From the NCBI GenBank assembly GCA_050116255.1, contig JASFOZ010000001.1, positions 1-43,167 on the forward strand: 43,167 nt of DNA. The letters are read 5' to 3'. This document shows positions 1 to 11,365 of the stretch, in pieces. The notes beneath the pieces are model-generated. The model was given only the letters and a program-made list of their open reading frames with translations. It was not told the DNA's origin and searched no databases. Source of the stretch: Desulfarculaceae bacterium. Lineage in GTDB: Bacteria; Desulfobacterota; Desulfarculia; Desulfarculales; Desulfarculaceae. Both the position numbers and the translations under genes were made by a program. Position 1 is the first letter of the stretch, and every line of letters begins with the position of its first letter.

Positions 1-68
1 TGGCTGAAGGGATTTATCCATCTTAGTTTGCTGCGCTTTGGTTTGGTAGCTTGGGCAGGTTCGGCCAT
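1..68 (-). CDS. possible 5' end of an edge-truncated CDS (hypothetical)
   Basis: ATG at 68 (minus strand) is preceded by GAGGAG (72-77). It reads MAEPAQATKPKRSKLRWINPFS and runs off the window edge. SD spacing is only 3 nt and only 22 codons are visible. Confidence 0.25.
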   Translation of the reverse strand, partial: MAEPAQATKPKRSKLRWINPFS

Positions 69-143
69 GATCTCCTCGGCTGGTTGCAGTCACTTTTTTC
101 TAAGGCTTGTCTATCTACATTGCAGCCGGGATAAGGGGTTCTG

Positions 144-665
144 TCAAGGATTTTGGGTGCTGCGGATGCGTTTGATCAGGTCGGTGGTGGAAATCCCCGG
201 GGTCAAAGGCAGGCTGTGCACCTGGCCGCCCCGGGACTGCACCAAATCAGCGCCCACAATGCGTTCAGGCTCCCAGTCCCCTCCTTTGACCAGAAGGTCG
301 GGCTGGATCTGATCTATCAGCTCATAGGGCGTGGGCTCTTCAAATATAACCACCAGGTCCACCGCCGCCAAAGCGCCGACCACCTCGGCTCGCTGTTCTT
401 GGGGAACCAGGGGGCGGTCCTTTCCTTTATTCAGGCTGCGCACGCTTTCATCCGAGTTCAGCCCCAAGATCAATAGATCCCCCAAGGAGCGGGCCTGGGC
501 CAAGTAGCGCACATGCCCGGCATGCAAAAGGTCGAAGCAGCCGTTGGTGAACACCACCAGGCCGCCCTGCTTTTGAATTTGACGGGCCCGGCGCACTGCC
601 TCGCCCAGGCTCACCAGCTTTTTACTGCTGTCAATGCCCAACTTCGCCTCCCTGGGCCTGATCAT
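144..665 (-). CDS. rfaE2: D-glycero-beta-D-manno-heptose 1-phosphate adenylyltransferase (HldE domain II / RfaE2, cytidylyltransferase fold)
   Basis: Track ORF 144..800, with the start moved to internal Met46 (665), giving 173 aa. Motifs VVFTNGCFDLLHAGHVRYL and LILGLNSDESV are typical of the stand-alone adenylyltransferase half of HldE. It overlaps the comF 3' end by 35 nt. Confidence 0.85.
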   Translation of the reverse strand: MIRPREAKLGIDSSKKLVSLGEAVRRARQIQKQGGLVVFTNGCFDLLHAGHVRYLAQARSLGDLLILGLNSDESVRSLNKGKDRPLVPQEQRAEVVGALAAVDLVVIFEEPTPYELIDQIQPDLLVKGGDWEPERIVGADLVQSRGGQVHSLPLTPGISTTDLIKRIRSTQNP

Positions 666-1428
666 AGCCGCCGGGCTCAGCCGTGGCAAGCGCTGAAGAG
701 CCTGCCGCCCGGGAGACGGTGAGCACCAGGATTTTTCCGGCCCCGCCCATCTTAAGCACCCGCGTGCATTCATTGACCGTGGCGCCGGTGGTGAGGACAT
801 CGTCGACCAATAGTATAGTTCGGCCGGATATGAGGCTTGTGCCCTGTTTCCCCAGGCTGAAGGCGCCGGCCACGTTTCGGCGTCTGGCCTGGGGATCCAG
901 GCCCACCTGGGGCCGGGTGTGGCGGCGGCGCTTCAGTAAACGGGGGTGAACCTCCACCGGCAGTTCGGCGGCCAGATTCCGGAACAGGACCAAGGCCTGG
1001 TTGAAGCCCCGGGCGATGAGCCGCAGGGGATGGAGAGGCACCGGTGCCAGCAGCTGGGCCTGGCAGGCCCATTCCAAGGGGGCCAGGTCAGCCACCAGCC
1101 CGGCCAACAAAGACCCGCTGGCCCAGTGGCGGCGGTATTTAAAGCTGCGCAAAGCCTGGGCCATTGGACCTTGATGCAGTGCCACGGCCCTGGCCTGGTC
1201 AAAGACCGGCGGATGGGACGAACATTGAGAACACAGGCCTGACCCGGCGGCCTCTGCCATCGGCCTGCCGCAACGGGAACAGACCGGATCAGCGATCAGG
1301 TGAATTTGGTCTTGGCATAGGGGGCAGAAAGGATTTTCCGGCGGAACCGCCGCCCCGCATCCCAGGCAAGTCAAAGGAAAAGCCAGGTCTTTTAAGGCGC
1401 GGGCCAGAATGGGCAATGACATATTCAT
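631..1428 (-). CDS. comF: ComF family protein (phosphoribosyltransferase domain)
   Basis: C-terminal PRTase motif ILLVDDVLTTGATV. N-terminal Cys pairs CLGCG..CPLC..CSRCG..CSQC. Start placed at Met57 of track ORF 631..1596 (MNMSLPILARAL...); the upstream extension is Pro/Ser/Trp-rich and looks non-coding. Confidence 0.8.
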   Translation of the reverse strand: MNMSLPILARALKDLAFPLTCLGCGAAVPPENPFCPLCQDQIHLIADPVCSRCGRPMAEAAGSGLCSQCSSHPPVFDQARAVALHQGPMAQALRSFKYRRHWASGSLLAGLVADLAPLEWACQAQLLAPVPLHPLRLIARGFNQALVLFRNLAAELPVEVHPRLLKRRRHTRPQVGLDPQARRRNVAGAFSLGKQGTSLISGRTILLVDDVLTTGATVNECTRVLKMGGAGKILVLTVSRAAGSSALATAEPGGYDQAQGGEVGH

Positions 1429-1613
1429 AGTGGTACAAGGCCTCTTGAGACTTGGGCATATACTACCCCCCTGCAACCTCCGGGGGAAAGCCAGTACTTC
1501 AGAACCGCTCGGTTCAGAAATGTGTGGCCCCAAAGGCCTGCTTTTGGGGTCAGACCACAGAGGCCATGATCTGTATGGATAGTTCCAGGCCGGCATAGGG
1601 CGTTGCCTGGTTT

Positions 1614-2018
1614 TTAGAGGCGGTTTTTCACATGGCGGTGATAGAATTCCACAAACTCGGCGTGACTGATTTCAGGGTCAATCCCAGGGCAGGCCAGCTT
1701 GGCCTCCTCCAGGGCGCCGGCGTCCTTTAGTATTCCAGGGAAAAAAGGCCAGAGACGGCAGATGGCCGGTTTGGCCTGATGGATTAGGCACCCTTGGGGG
1801 CCCATCAAGGCGCAGACTCCCTTTTGATTACACTTGACCTCCAGGTGGGAATTGGCCTCGATGCAGTAATGGTCCCTGAAATCCTGCTCGCTGAGACCTA
1901 CCAGGCGGGCGGCGGCGGGAACTTCCTCCGGCTCCAGGTAGATTCCACCCGCGCCCACACAACAAGCCCCGCAACGCTGGCACTCAAATGGTTGCCTGCC
2001 GCTTCCCAAACGATTCAT
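1614..2018 (-). CDS. YkgJ family cysteine-cluster protein (CxxCxxCC, UPF0153)
   Basis: 134-aa ORF with N-terminal CQRCGACC plus further conserved Cys residues (CNQKGVC, GCLIH, AICRLWP), typical of the YkgJ/Fe-S-or-Zn cluster family. Confidence 0.7.
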   Translation of the reverse strand: MNRLGSGRQPFECQRCGACCVGAGGIYLEPEEVPAAARLVGLSEQDFRDHYCIEANSHLEVKCNQKGVCALMGPQGCLIHQAKPAICRLWPFFPGILKDAGALEEAKLACPGIDPEISHAEFVEFYHRHVKNRL

Positions 2019-2075
2019 CCTTTCAGGCCAAAGCTAGGACCATACCGCGCAGGTTGGGGTTTCTGCAACCCTTCA

Positions 2076-3221
2076 TCAGCCGGCTTCTAGGATTGGAAAT
2101 ATTTCCCGTTTAATGTAGGCGATGACATCCTTGGCGTCTTCTTGGGCCCGGGGCCAGCCCCGGCCGCGCAGTTTTTCCTGGGGATCCAGCAACCGTTTTT
2201 TGTCAGGGGACAGGTTGGCCTTGGCGCAGAATTCCGGGGGCAGCTCCCGGGGCAGCTGGTCTTCCCGGCCCTGCATAATGGCCCAGGCCAAGGTCCAGCA
2301 TCTGGCCACGTTGGCCAGATCATAGCCTCCGCCGCCCAGGGCGATCCAGCGGTCTGCGGCTATTTTTTTCAGCGAGCGCACACAGTGGCCGAATCCGGTT
2401 GTAGTTAGGTTCAGGTTGGCCAAAGGGTCCTCAAGCAAGGTGTCCACACCCAGTTGAGTGACCACATAGTCCGGGGCAAAGGCCTCCAAAAGGGGCGGCA
2501 CCAATTCCTCAAAGCATTGGGTATAGATTTCGTCGTCCGTGTCCGGCCATAGGGGTACATTAACCGAATAGCCCCTGGCCTCACCGTGGCCCATCTCCTC
2601 TATATAACCGGTGCCTGGAAACAAGGTGGCGGGATGCTGATGCAGACTTATGGTGAGCACCTGGTTGGAGCGGTAGAAGGCCCACTGCACCCCGTCGCCA
2701 TGGTGGGCGTCCAAATCCACATAGGCCACCCGGTGCCCCAGATCCGTGAGTTTCAGGATGGCCAAGACCGGATCGTTTACATAGCAAAAGCCGGAAGCGC
2801 GTCCGGCCATGGCGTGGTGCATGCCCCCGGCCATGCTAAAGGCCACGGTGTGGCCGGCCTGGGCCACCAGGTCCACGGCCTGCAAGGAAGCGCCCGTCAG
2901 CAAAGCAGACCATTCAAAGACTCCTTTAAAAACGGGGTTGTCACCCGGGCCCAAGCCGTAGGAGCCCAGGGCGGGCAGATCGGGATTGAGGCTGACTTTC
3001 TGTAAGGTATCCAAGTACCTGCGGTCGTGGAAATGGGCGAGCTGATCCAGGGTGGCCGGGGTGACCGTAAAAGGGGTTTGGGCTAGTCCGCAAAGCTCAA
3101 TCAATAGGTGGGTCAAGCCCAGCCTGGCGATCCGTAAGGGGTGTGAGGGGCCATAATCAAAATCAAGATAGCTTTCCGTATATAAATAGGCAGGCTCTGG
3201 TGGCGGCAGAGGGTGAGGCAT
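2076..3221 (-). CDS. histone deacetylase-family / acetoin utilisation AcuC-type deacetylase
   Basis: Motifs AGGMHHA, YVDLDAHHGDGVQWAFY and LGGGGY. Start moved to Met38 (3221), which has GGAGAG 5 nt upstream. 381 aa. Confidence 0.85.
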   Translation of the reverse strand: MPHPLPPPEPAYLYTESYLDFDYGPSHPLRIARLGLTHLLIELCGLAQTPFTVTPATLDQLAHFHDRRYLDTLQKVSLNPDLPALGSYGLGPGDNPVFKGVFEWSALLTGASLQAVDLVAQAGHTVAFSMAGGMHHAMAGRASGFCYVNDPVLAILKLTDLGHRVAYVDLDAHHGDGVQWAFYRSNQVLTISLHQHPATLFPGTGYIEEMGHGEARGYSVNVPLWPDTDDEIYTQCFEELVPPLLEAFAPDYVVTQLGVDTLLEDPLANLNLTTTGFGHCVRSLKKIAADRWIALGGGGYDLANVARCWTLAWAIMQGREDQLPRELPPEFCAKANLSPDKKRLLDPQEKLRGRGWPRAQEDAKDVIAYIKREIFPILEAG

Positions 3222-3397
3222 GTTAACTCTCCGGTAGTTGTCTTCGGCCAGGGCAGGATAGCACTGCAATCCATTTATGGCAAGATTACCAGCTAGATGG
3301 GTTGCGGAGCCGGTTGACACTCCCTGGGACAACTGGTAGACTTCCCAGCCGAGTTGCGAGGCCTTTAGAGGCCGCGCCGCCAGACCTGGGAGGGTGT

Positions 3398-3844
3398 ATG
3401 GGTCTAGGCCAAAAGGTGGACGCCGATCTTAAGGCTGCCCTCAAAGCAAAAGATGAACTTGCCACCTCCTGCCTGCGGCTGGTGCGGGCCGCATTAAAGA
3501 ACAAGGAAAAAGAGCTGCGCCGGGATTTGACCGAGGATGAGGACATCCAAGTGCTCAAAACCTTGGCCAAACAGCGCCAGGAGTCCATTGCAAAGTTCAC
3601 CGAGGGCGGCCGAACCGATCTGGCTGACAAAGAATCCGCCGAGCTGAAAATCATCGAACGCTACCTGCCCGCACAGATGGATGAGTCCGAAGTTGGTGCC
3701 TTGTTGGACCAAGTTTTTAGCGAACTCGATCCCCAGGGCATGAAAGACATGGGTGGCGTGATGAAAGAGGCCATGGCGCGCCTTAAAGGAAGGGCTGACG
3801 GTAAGCTGGTAAATCAGCTGGTGCGTCAGCGCTTACAGTCCTAA
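3398..3844 (+). CDS. yqeY: GatB/YqeY domain-containing protein
   Basis: 148 aa. VDADLKAALKAKDELATSCLRLVRAALKNKEKE...ERYLP...GKDMGGVMKEAMARLKGRADGKLVNQLVRQ is the canonical YqeY pattern. ATG at 3398 with GGGAGGG upstream. Confidence 0.85.
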   Translation: MGLGQKVDADLKAALKAKDELATSCLRLVRAALKNKEKELRRDLTEDEDIQVLKTLAKQRQESIAKFTEGGRTDLADKESAELKIIERYLPAQMDESEVGALLDQVFSELDPQGMKDMGGVMKEAMARLKGRADGKLVNQLVRQRLQS

Positions 3845-4115
3845 ACCATCGGGTTGAGGCGCCGGAAATTGGCTGGGGATCGGCAGGATTGAAAAGACCA
3901 CGACGCTTGTGAGGATCTTGCCGAAACCAACAGGGCGCCAGAGGAACTCATTATAAGGGAGGCCCACGGGGGCAAGGCAAGAAAGCGTCCGGTGCTTTTT
4001 GGGTTGCTTCTGGGGGTGTAAACATTTTCAGATACCAAAGCCGTATGACTCCAAGCGGGGGCGGGATATCTTAGACCAAAGGCCCCAGGCAAAGCTGGAA
4101 GGCAATCTAAGGGTA

Positions 4116-6572
4116 ATGGATCAGAGTAACCAGGGGGGTGGTTCTATCCCTCAGAGGGTTGAGGACTGCGCTGACAGCCAAACCCTGTCTCTGTTGGAAT
4201 TGCCCCACCTTTTAACCATAGTATCTTCCCTGGCCCAGACACCCCTGGGCGCTGCCAGGGTCCAGATGCTCAGGCCCTGCCTTGACCCCGTAGCCGTGGC
4301 GCGCCGCCTGGACCGCTTGACCGAACTCAGAGATCTTTTGAGCCAGACAGATAATCCTGACCTGGGCGGGGTGAAGGACCTTAAGCCTTTGTTTGACCGC
4401 TTGCAGGTGGAAGGCGCCCTGTTGCTGCCCGAGGAACTGGAGGCAGTGGGCTCTTTTTTGGGGGCGGTGGGATCGGCAGCTTCCTTTTTGGACCAGGCCG
4501 GCCCACAGGGGAGCGAGCTGGCGCGCCTGCGCAATGTCATCACGCCCCTGCCGGCAGTGCGCAAACGTCTCCGACAAATTGTAGGCCCGGGCCATTCCGT
4601 AAGCAGCCAGGCCTCGCCGGCCCTGGCCGGCCTGCGCCGGGAGGCGAACAAAAGCCGGGAGCGGATCCGGGCCCGCCTCCACGACATGATGTCCCGGCCG
4701 GAGTTGGCCGGCGTCTTCAGCGATCAAGTGATCACGCAGCGGGCCGACCGTTTTGTGGTGCCGGTCAAGACCGACTCCAAAGGCCGCCTGCAGGGCATTA
4801 TCCACGACACCTCGGGCAGTGGAGCCACCTGCTTTGTGGAGCCTTTGGACGCCGTGGAAGAGAACAACAGCCTGGCCCTGCTGCGGCGGCGGGAGCAAGA
4901 GGAAGAGCTCAGGGTGCTCAGAGAAACCGCCCGCCAGCTGGCTTCGCATCTTCAGGTTTTGCGTGAGAATCAAGCCGCCCTGGCCAAATTGGACTGCCTC
5001 CTGGCCCAGGCCGGATTTTGCAACCGGCTCGAGGCGGTAAGGCCGGAACTGCTCACCAGCGGTGATATTGAACTAAACGGCGCCCGCCACCCCTTGTTGG
5101 CCTGGAGAGCCCTCAGCGGCAAGGGAAAGGCCGTACCCATTCACTTTATGATGGGGCCTGAGCACCAGGCCCTGGTGATCAGCGGCGCCAACGCCGGCGG
5201 CAAGACCGCCGCCCTTAAAACCGTGGGCCTCATCACCCTGATGGCCATGTGCGGGATGCACATTCCCAGTAAACAGGGCTCCAGGGTGTCAGTCTGCAAG
5301 CGGGTGCTTTGCGAAATGGGCGATGAGCAGGATTTGGGCCGGGACCTTTCCACTTTCACCGCCCATGCCGGCCGCCTGCAATGGATGCTGGAGCGTTCCG
5401 GGCCCGGAACCCTGATCTTGGTGGATGAGCTGGGGGGCGGAACCGATCCCGAGGAGGGTTCGGCCCTGGGTATGGCCGTGCTGGAAAGGTTGATCGAACA
5501 GGGGGCCCGGGTTCTTTGCACCACCCATTTCCACCGCCTCAAGGCCTTTGCCGCCTCGGCCCCGGGGGTGGAGAATGTTTCGGTAGCCTTTGATCAAAAC
5601 ACCCGCCGCCCCACATACCAGCTTCATTACGGGGCGCCGGGGTTCAGCGACGCCCTGTCGGTATCCCGGGGGCTGGGGTTCCCCGAGGAATTGATAGCCC
5701 GGGCTGAGGGGCTTTTGGATCAAAGTGAGCGGCAAACGGTGGCCTTTTTGCAACAGGCCCAACAGGCCTGGCAGGAGGCCTCGGCCCAGCGCGAGGCCGC
5801 CCGTACGCAGCGTCTGGCTGCCGAGGAAAAGCACCAGCAGGCGAGGAAGCTGTTGAAACAGGCGCGGCAGGAGCGGGCCGGGGCCTTGGCCGAGGGTAAA
5901 CGCCGGGTGCGCCAAGTGGCCCAGCGCCTGCAACAGCGGCTGGAGGATTTTTTAGCCAGAGTCAGCGGGCCCCAGCAAGAAGAGGAACCACTGAAACCGG
6001 GGCAGGTGCGGCAGGAGTTTTTTTCGATGCGGCGTCAAGCCCTGGCCGAAGTTGCGGAGGCTGTAAGCCATCCCGGGGAAAACCAGGGGGCTTTGCCATC
6101 CTTGGCCCCAGGCCTAAAGAGAGGCGACCAGGTGCGGGTCACCAGTTTGGGCAAGCCGGGAGTTCTTTTGGAATCACCCAAGGCAGGCGAGGATACGGTG
6201 GCGGTGTCGGTTGGCGTCAGGGGGGTGAGGGTGCTGGTGCCCCTGGCGGAGATTGAGCCTTTGAGCCAACCGGCTGCTGACGCCGTCCCGGAGCCGGGAG
6301 GTATCTCTATTCAGGCCCACGCCCCTGACGGGTTGGATCTGAAACTGGTGGGCCTTACTGTGGATGAGGCCTTGCCCCTGGTGGACAAAGCTCTAGATCA
6401 GGCTATCCTTGCAGGCAAGCCCAGCATCCGGCTGGTGCACGGCATAGGCACCGGTCGGCTGGGGGCGGCGGTGCGGGATTATCTTAAAGGCCACCCCTAT
6501 GTGGCCGCCGCCCGCAACGAAGAGGTGCGCCGGGGGGGCGCCGGGGTTACGGTTGTGGAGCTGAGGGACTAA
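4116..6572 (+). CDS. mutS2: endonuclease MutS2 (MutS domain V ATPase plus C-terminal Smr domain)
   Basis: Walker A GANAGGKT, DELGGGTDPEEG, a coiled-coil Q/A/R-rich linker and a C-terminal Smr region (LVHGIGTGRLGAAVRDYL). Start taken at ATG 4116 (Met40 of the track ORF); SD spacing is weak, so the start is uncertain. Confidence 0.9.
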   Translation: MDQSNQGGGSIPQRVEDCADSQTLSLLELPHLLTIVSSLAQTPLGAARVQMLRPCLDPVAVARRLDRLTELRDLLSQTDNPDLGGVKDLKPLFDRLQVEGALLLPEELEAVGSFLGAVGSAASFLDQAGPQGSELARLRNVITPLPAVRKRLRQIVGPGHSVSSQASPALAGLRREANKSRERIRARLHDMMSRPELAGVFSDQVITQRADRFVVPVKTDSKGRLQGIIHDTSGSGATCFVEPLDAVEENNSLALLRRREQEEELRVLRETARQLASHLQVLRENQAALAKLDCLLAQAGFCNRLEAVRPELLTSGDIELNGARHPLLAWRALSGKGKAVPIHFMMGPEHQALVISGANAGGKTAALKTVGLITLMAMCGMHIPSKQGSRVSVCKRVLCEMGDEQDLGRDLSTFTAHAGRLQWMLERSGPGTLILVDELGGGTDPEEGSALGMAVLERLIEQGARVLCTTHFHRLKAFAASAPGVENVSVAFDQNTRRPTYQLHYGAPGFSDALSVSRGLGFPEELIARAEGLLDQSERQTVAFLQQAQQAWQEASAQREAARTQRLAAEEKHQQARKLLKQARQERAGALAEGKRRVRQVAQRLQQRLEDFLARVSGPQQEEEPLKPGQVRQEFFSMRRQALAEVAEAVSHPGENQGALPSLAPGLKRGDQVRVTSLGKPGVLLESPKAGEDTVAVSVGVRGVRVLVPLAEIEPLSQPAADAVPEPGGISIQAHAPDGLDLKLVGLTVDEALPLVDKALDQAILAGKPSIRLVHGIGTGRLGAAVRDYLKGHPYVAAARNEEVRRGGAGVTVVELRD

Positions 6573-6575
6573 GCT

Positions 6576-8369
6576 TTGGCATCTACCTTCCATATTCCCC
6601 AGGATAAGATAGATGAGATCCGTCTGGCTGCGGATATTGTGCAGATAGTGGGTTCCAGGGTGAGGCTGGTGAAGAAGGGCAAGGATTTTTGGGGGCTCTG
6701 CCCCTTTCATTCCGACAGCGACCCCAGCTTTAAAGTGGACCGGGAAAAAGGAACTTGGTACTGCTTCGGTTGCAGCGAAGGCGGCAGCGTTTTCAACTTC
6801 ATCATGAAGGACGAGGGCCTTTCTTTTCCTGAGGCGGTTCGCGAAGTGGCCTCCCGCTGCGGGATTGCCTTGCCTCCGCCCAAGCTCAACCCTGCCCAGC
6901 GCCGCGCCTTGCAGGAACGTGAGCGCCTGCTCGAGGTCCTAGAACGGGCTGCATCCTATTATCAGGCCCAACTAGGGTCTGCCGATGCCAAGGAGGCCAG
7001 GCGCTATCTTCACCAGCAGCGGGGGCTAACCCAGCAGAACATAAAGGATTTTTCACTGGGTTGGGCCCAGGAATCCTGGGAAAGCCTGCGCCGGCATTTG
7101 ATTTCCCAAGGCGTGGACGAAGGGCTGGCCATAAAGGCGGGCCTCTTGGCCCCCAGAGATCGGGGGGGCGCTTATGACCGTTTCCGGGGCCGGGTGATCT
7201 TCCCCATACGGGATCTGGGAGGCCGGGTGATCAGTTTTGGGGGCAGAATTTTGGGGCCGGGAGAGCCCAAATACCTAAACGGCCCTGAATCCCCTGTCTT
7301 CAAGAAGTCGGCCTCCTTGTACAACCTGGACCGGGCCCGGGCCCTCATGCGGCGAAATGACCGGGCCCTGGTGGTGGAGGGGTATTTTGACGTAATAACC
7401 ATGGCGGCGCAGGGATTCGCCGAAACCGTGGCCCCCTTGGGGACTGCCCTGACCGCCTCCCAGGCGCGGCGCTTAAAGGGCCAGGCCTCTGACATAGTTT
7501 TGGTCTTTGACGGAGACCAGGCCGGACTCAAGGCGGCGGAGCGCAGCCTACCTGTATTTTTGGGGGAGGGAATCTCGCCCCGGGTGCTTTTGTTGCCCTC
7601 CGGCGAAGACCCGGACAGCTATCTGCGCCAGGAAGGCCCTAAGTCCCTGGAGCAGGACCTGGACCGGGCCCGCCCCTTGACCGAAATGGTCCTGGACCGC
7701 ATCGTGGCCAGCGGCGACCTTTCCACGCCCGAGGGCCGCAGCGCGGTGGTGGGCAGGGCCGCCCAGGTAATTAAATCCATTCGGGACCTGATCGCCCGCA
7801 CCGGCTATGTGCAAAGGCTTGCCTTGGCTTTGAACCTGCCCCAGGAGGTGTTGGCCGTTCAGATGGGTCTGCCCCGGCCCGGACGGAGCCGTACTCCTCA
7901 AGCAGCGGCCGCAGAGACTAGCCCGGCCTGGGATAATGAGCGCTGCCTGCTGGAGTTGGCCCTGGCCTCACCCCAGGCGGCCAAGGTGCTCTCAGATGAC
8001 GACACCCTGGCCACTCTGCATGACCCCCATATGCGGCAAGTGGGCAAGGCCCTTAAAGAGGTGGTGCTAAGAGGGGCGGAGCCCACCGCAGCCGCGGTCA
8101 GCCAGGCCCTGGAAGACCAGGATTTAGCCAGCCTGGTGAGCAGGCTGGCCCAGGATGGTCCCCGGCTGGACCCGGCCCAGGCGGTCTCCAGGGCCCAGGC
8201 CCACTTGGACGTGTTCAGGCGGCAGCGGCTCAGGCAAAAACGCCGCGCCATGAAGGAAGCAATCGCTGCGGCCCAGGCGGCGGGTGACGACCAGGCCGTC
8301 ACCCAGCTCCAGGCCCAGCGCCAACAAATAATGTCTCACTTATCCCCCCAAGACGCTAAAAAGGATTAA
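6576..8369 (+). CDS. dnaG: DNA primase
   Basis: Zinc-ribbon [13 protein letters not shown]...WYCFGC, RNA-polymerase core and TOPRIM ([16 protein letters not shown]). TTG start at 6576, 3 nt after the mutS2 TAA. Confidence 0.95.
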   Translation: MASTFHIPQDKIDEIRLAADIVQIVGSRVRLVKKGKDFWGLCPFHSDSDPSFKVDREKGTWYCFGCSEGGSVFNFIMKDEGLSFPEAVREVASRCGIALPPPKLNPAQRRALQERERLLEVLERAASYYQAQLGSADAKEARRYLHQQRGLTQQNIKDFSLGWAQESWESLRRHLISQGVDEGLAIKAGLLAPRDRGGAYDRFRGRVIFPIRDLGGRVISFGGRILGPGEPKYLNGPESPVFKKSASLYNLDRARALMRRNDRALVVEGYFDVITMAAQGFAETVAPLGTALTASQARRLKGQASDIVLVFDGDQAGLKAAERSLPVFLGEGISPRVLLLPSGEDPDSYLRQEGPKSLEQDLDRARPLTEMVLDRIVASGDLSTPEGRSAVVGRAAQVIKSIRDLIARTGYVQRLALALNLPQEVLAVQMGLPRPGRSRTPQAAAAETSPAWDNERCLLELALASPQAAKVLSDDDTLATLHDPHMRQVGKALKEVVLRGAEPTAAAVSQALEDQDLASLVSRLAQDGPRLDPAQAVSRAQAHLDVFRRQRLRQKRRAMKEAIAAAQAAGDDQAVTQLQAQRQQIMSHLSPQDAKKD

Positions 8370-8371
8370 CC

Positions 8372-10138
<1,767 letters not shown>

Positions 10139-10165
10139 CTGCTGACCGGATTTTTTGCATTTATA

Positions 10166-10203
10166 CCCCTGGGGCTGTTTGGATGCAGCCCCAGGGGTTT
10201 TTT
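10166..10203 (+). terminator. rho-independent terminator after rpoD
   Basis: Perfect 12-bp stem CCCCTGGGGCTG / CAGCCCCAGGGG with an 8-nt loop, followed by a T-run. It lies between the convergent rpoD and peptidase genes. Confidence 0.8.
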
Positions 10204-11203
10204 AGGTGCAAATTTGAGGCAGGGGGATGAGGTCACGGGCCGCCGGCAGACCGGGCAGGCTCTGGGCGGAAAGCACCGCGTCATAGATAGCCTGGCGCGT
10301 CAGCCGGGCGGCCAGCACCCCCAGGCCGTTCAAATCGGCCTCAACCTCACCTGAGGCCAAGACTATAACCAAGTCGCCGTCGAATGTGGTGTGGACCGGG
10401 TTTATGGCCCGGATCATACCCTGTTGGGCCATGGCCGCCACCTGGCAGGCCTGGACCTTATCCAGGCGGGCGTTGGTGGCCACTACGGCCAGGGTTGTGT
10501 TGTGGGGTCCGGCGAATTGGGTCCGGCGGTTGCCGGCCATGAACCAGGCGCTGCTTCCCAAAAACTCCCGGCTGTCAGGGCTGCGGCGGGCTCCGCCGAT
10601 GATCCGGCCCTGAGGGTCCACTATGTCGCCAAAGGCGTTGACCACCGCCGCAACCCCCATGCCGAGTTCACCGGCTCTGGCCGAGGCCCCGCCTAGGCCT
10701 CCCTTGCTGGCCTGGGGCAAGCCCATTACCTTGCCGACGGTGGCGCCGGCGCCGGCGCCGGCGTTTCCCCGGGACATGGGGTCTTTGCTCGCGGCGCGGC
10801 AGGCGGCCATGCCTAGCTCAGGGCCGGGGCGGCCTTTGCCTTGGGTCAGAACCAGGTCAAATATGACCGCTGTGGGTACGATGGGCACCTGGACCGGGCC
10901 GATCTCCAGGCCGATACCCTTTTCCTCCAGAAATGCCTGCACGCCGTCGGCGCAGCCGAGGCCGTAGGAAGAACCGCCGGTGAGAAGTACGGCATGCACC
11001 TGCTGCACCATGTGCAATGGCCCCAGGCCATCCAGCTGCCGGGTGCCGGCTGCGAATCCGCCCACCTCCACCCCGCCCACGGTGTCCGGGGGACAGAGCA
11101 CCACCGTGCATCCGCAGGGCGTATCCGCCATATTGGCGTGGCCCACTTTGAATCCCGGCACTGAGGCCGGCCCTCCTTGAATGTCAAATTCTATGCGGCT
11201 CAC
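10202..11203 (-). CDS. P1 family peptidase (S58, DmpA/BapA-type aminopeptidase)
   Basis: N-terminus VPGFKVGHANMADTPCGCTVVLCP...GGFAAGTRQLD and the autoprocessing region GPHNTTLAVVATNARL are typical of the DmpA/S58 Ntn-hydrolase family. Confidence 0.85.
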   Translation of the reverse strand: MSRIEFDIQGGPASVPGFKVGHANMADTPCGCTVVLCPPDTVGGVEVGGFAAGTRQLDGLGPLHMVQQVHAVLLTGGSSYGLGCADGVQAFLEEKGIGLEIGPVQVPIVPTAVIFDLVLTQGKGRPGPELGMAACRAASKDPMSRGNAGAGAGATVGKVMGLPQASKGGLGGASARAGELGMGVAAVVNAFGDIVDPQGRIIGGARRSPDSREFLGSSAWFMAGNRRTQFAGPHNTTLAVVATNARLDKVQACQVAAMAQQGMIRAINPVHTTFDGDLVIVLASGEVEADLNGLGVLAARLTRQAIYDAVLSAQSLPGLPAARDLIPLPQICT

Positions 11204-11287
11204 TTTTTCTTCTTCCTTTGATTCCGCGAGTTTCCTCCGGCCGCCGCTTGTTTGTCAAGCCCCGGGGTATTGATTACGAGCTAAGGT

Positions 11288-11316
11288 TTGACTTTGGCTT
11301 GAGCTTAAAGTATTTG
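11288..11316 (+). promoter_or_regulatory. candidate sigma-70 promoter for the glycosyltransferase / response-regulator pair
   Basis: TTGACT (11288-11293), 17-nt spacer, TATTTG (11311-11316), in an AT-rich patch about 50 nt upstream of the AAGGAG SD and ATG 11366. Confidence 0.35.
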
Positions 11317-11365
11317 TTAAAAACTAAAGAGTCCGAGCTGATATTGCCATCTGCAAGGAGTCCTC

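Noticed and set aside
14-22. TTATCCATC, a 7/9 match to a DnaA box at the window edge.
   Set aside because: It is a single imperfect copy with no cluster, no AT-rich unwinding element and no dnaA/dnaN context.
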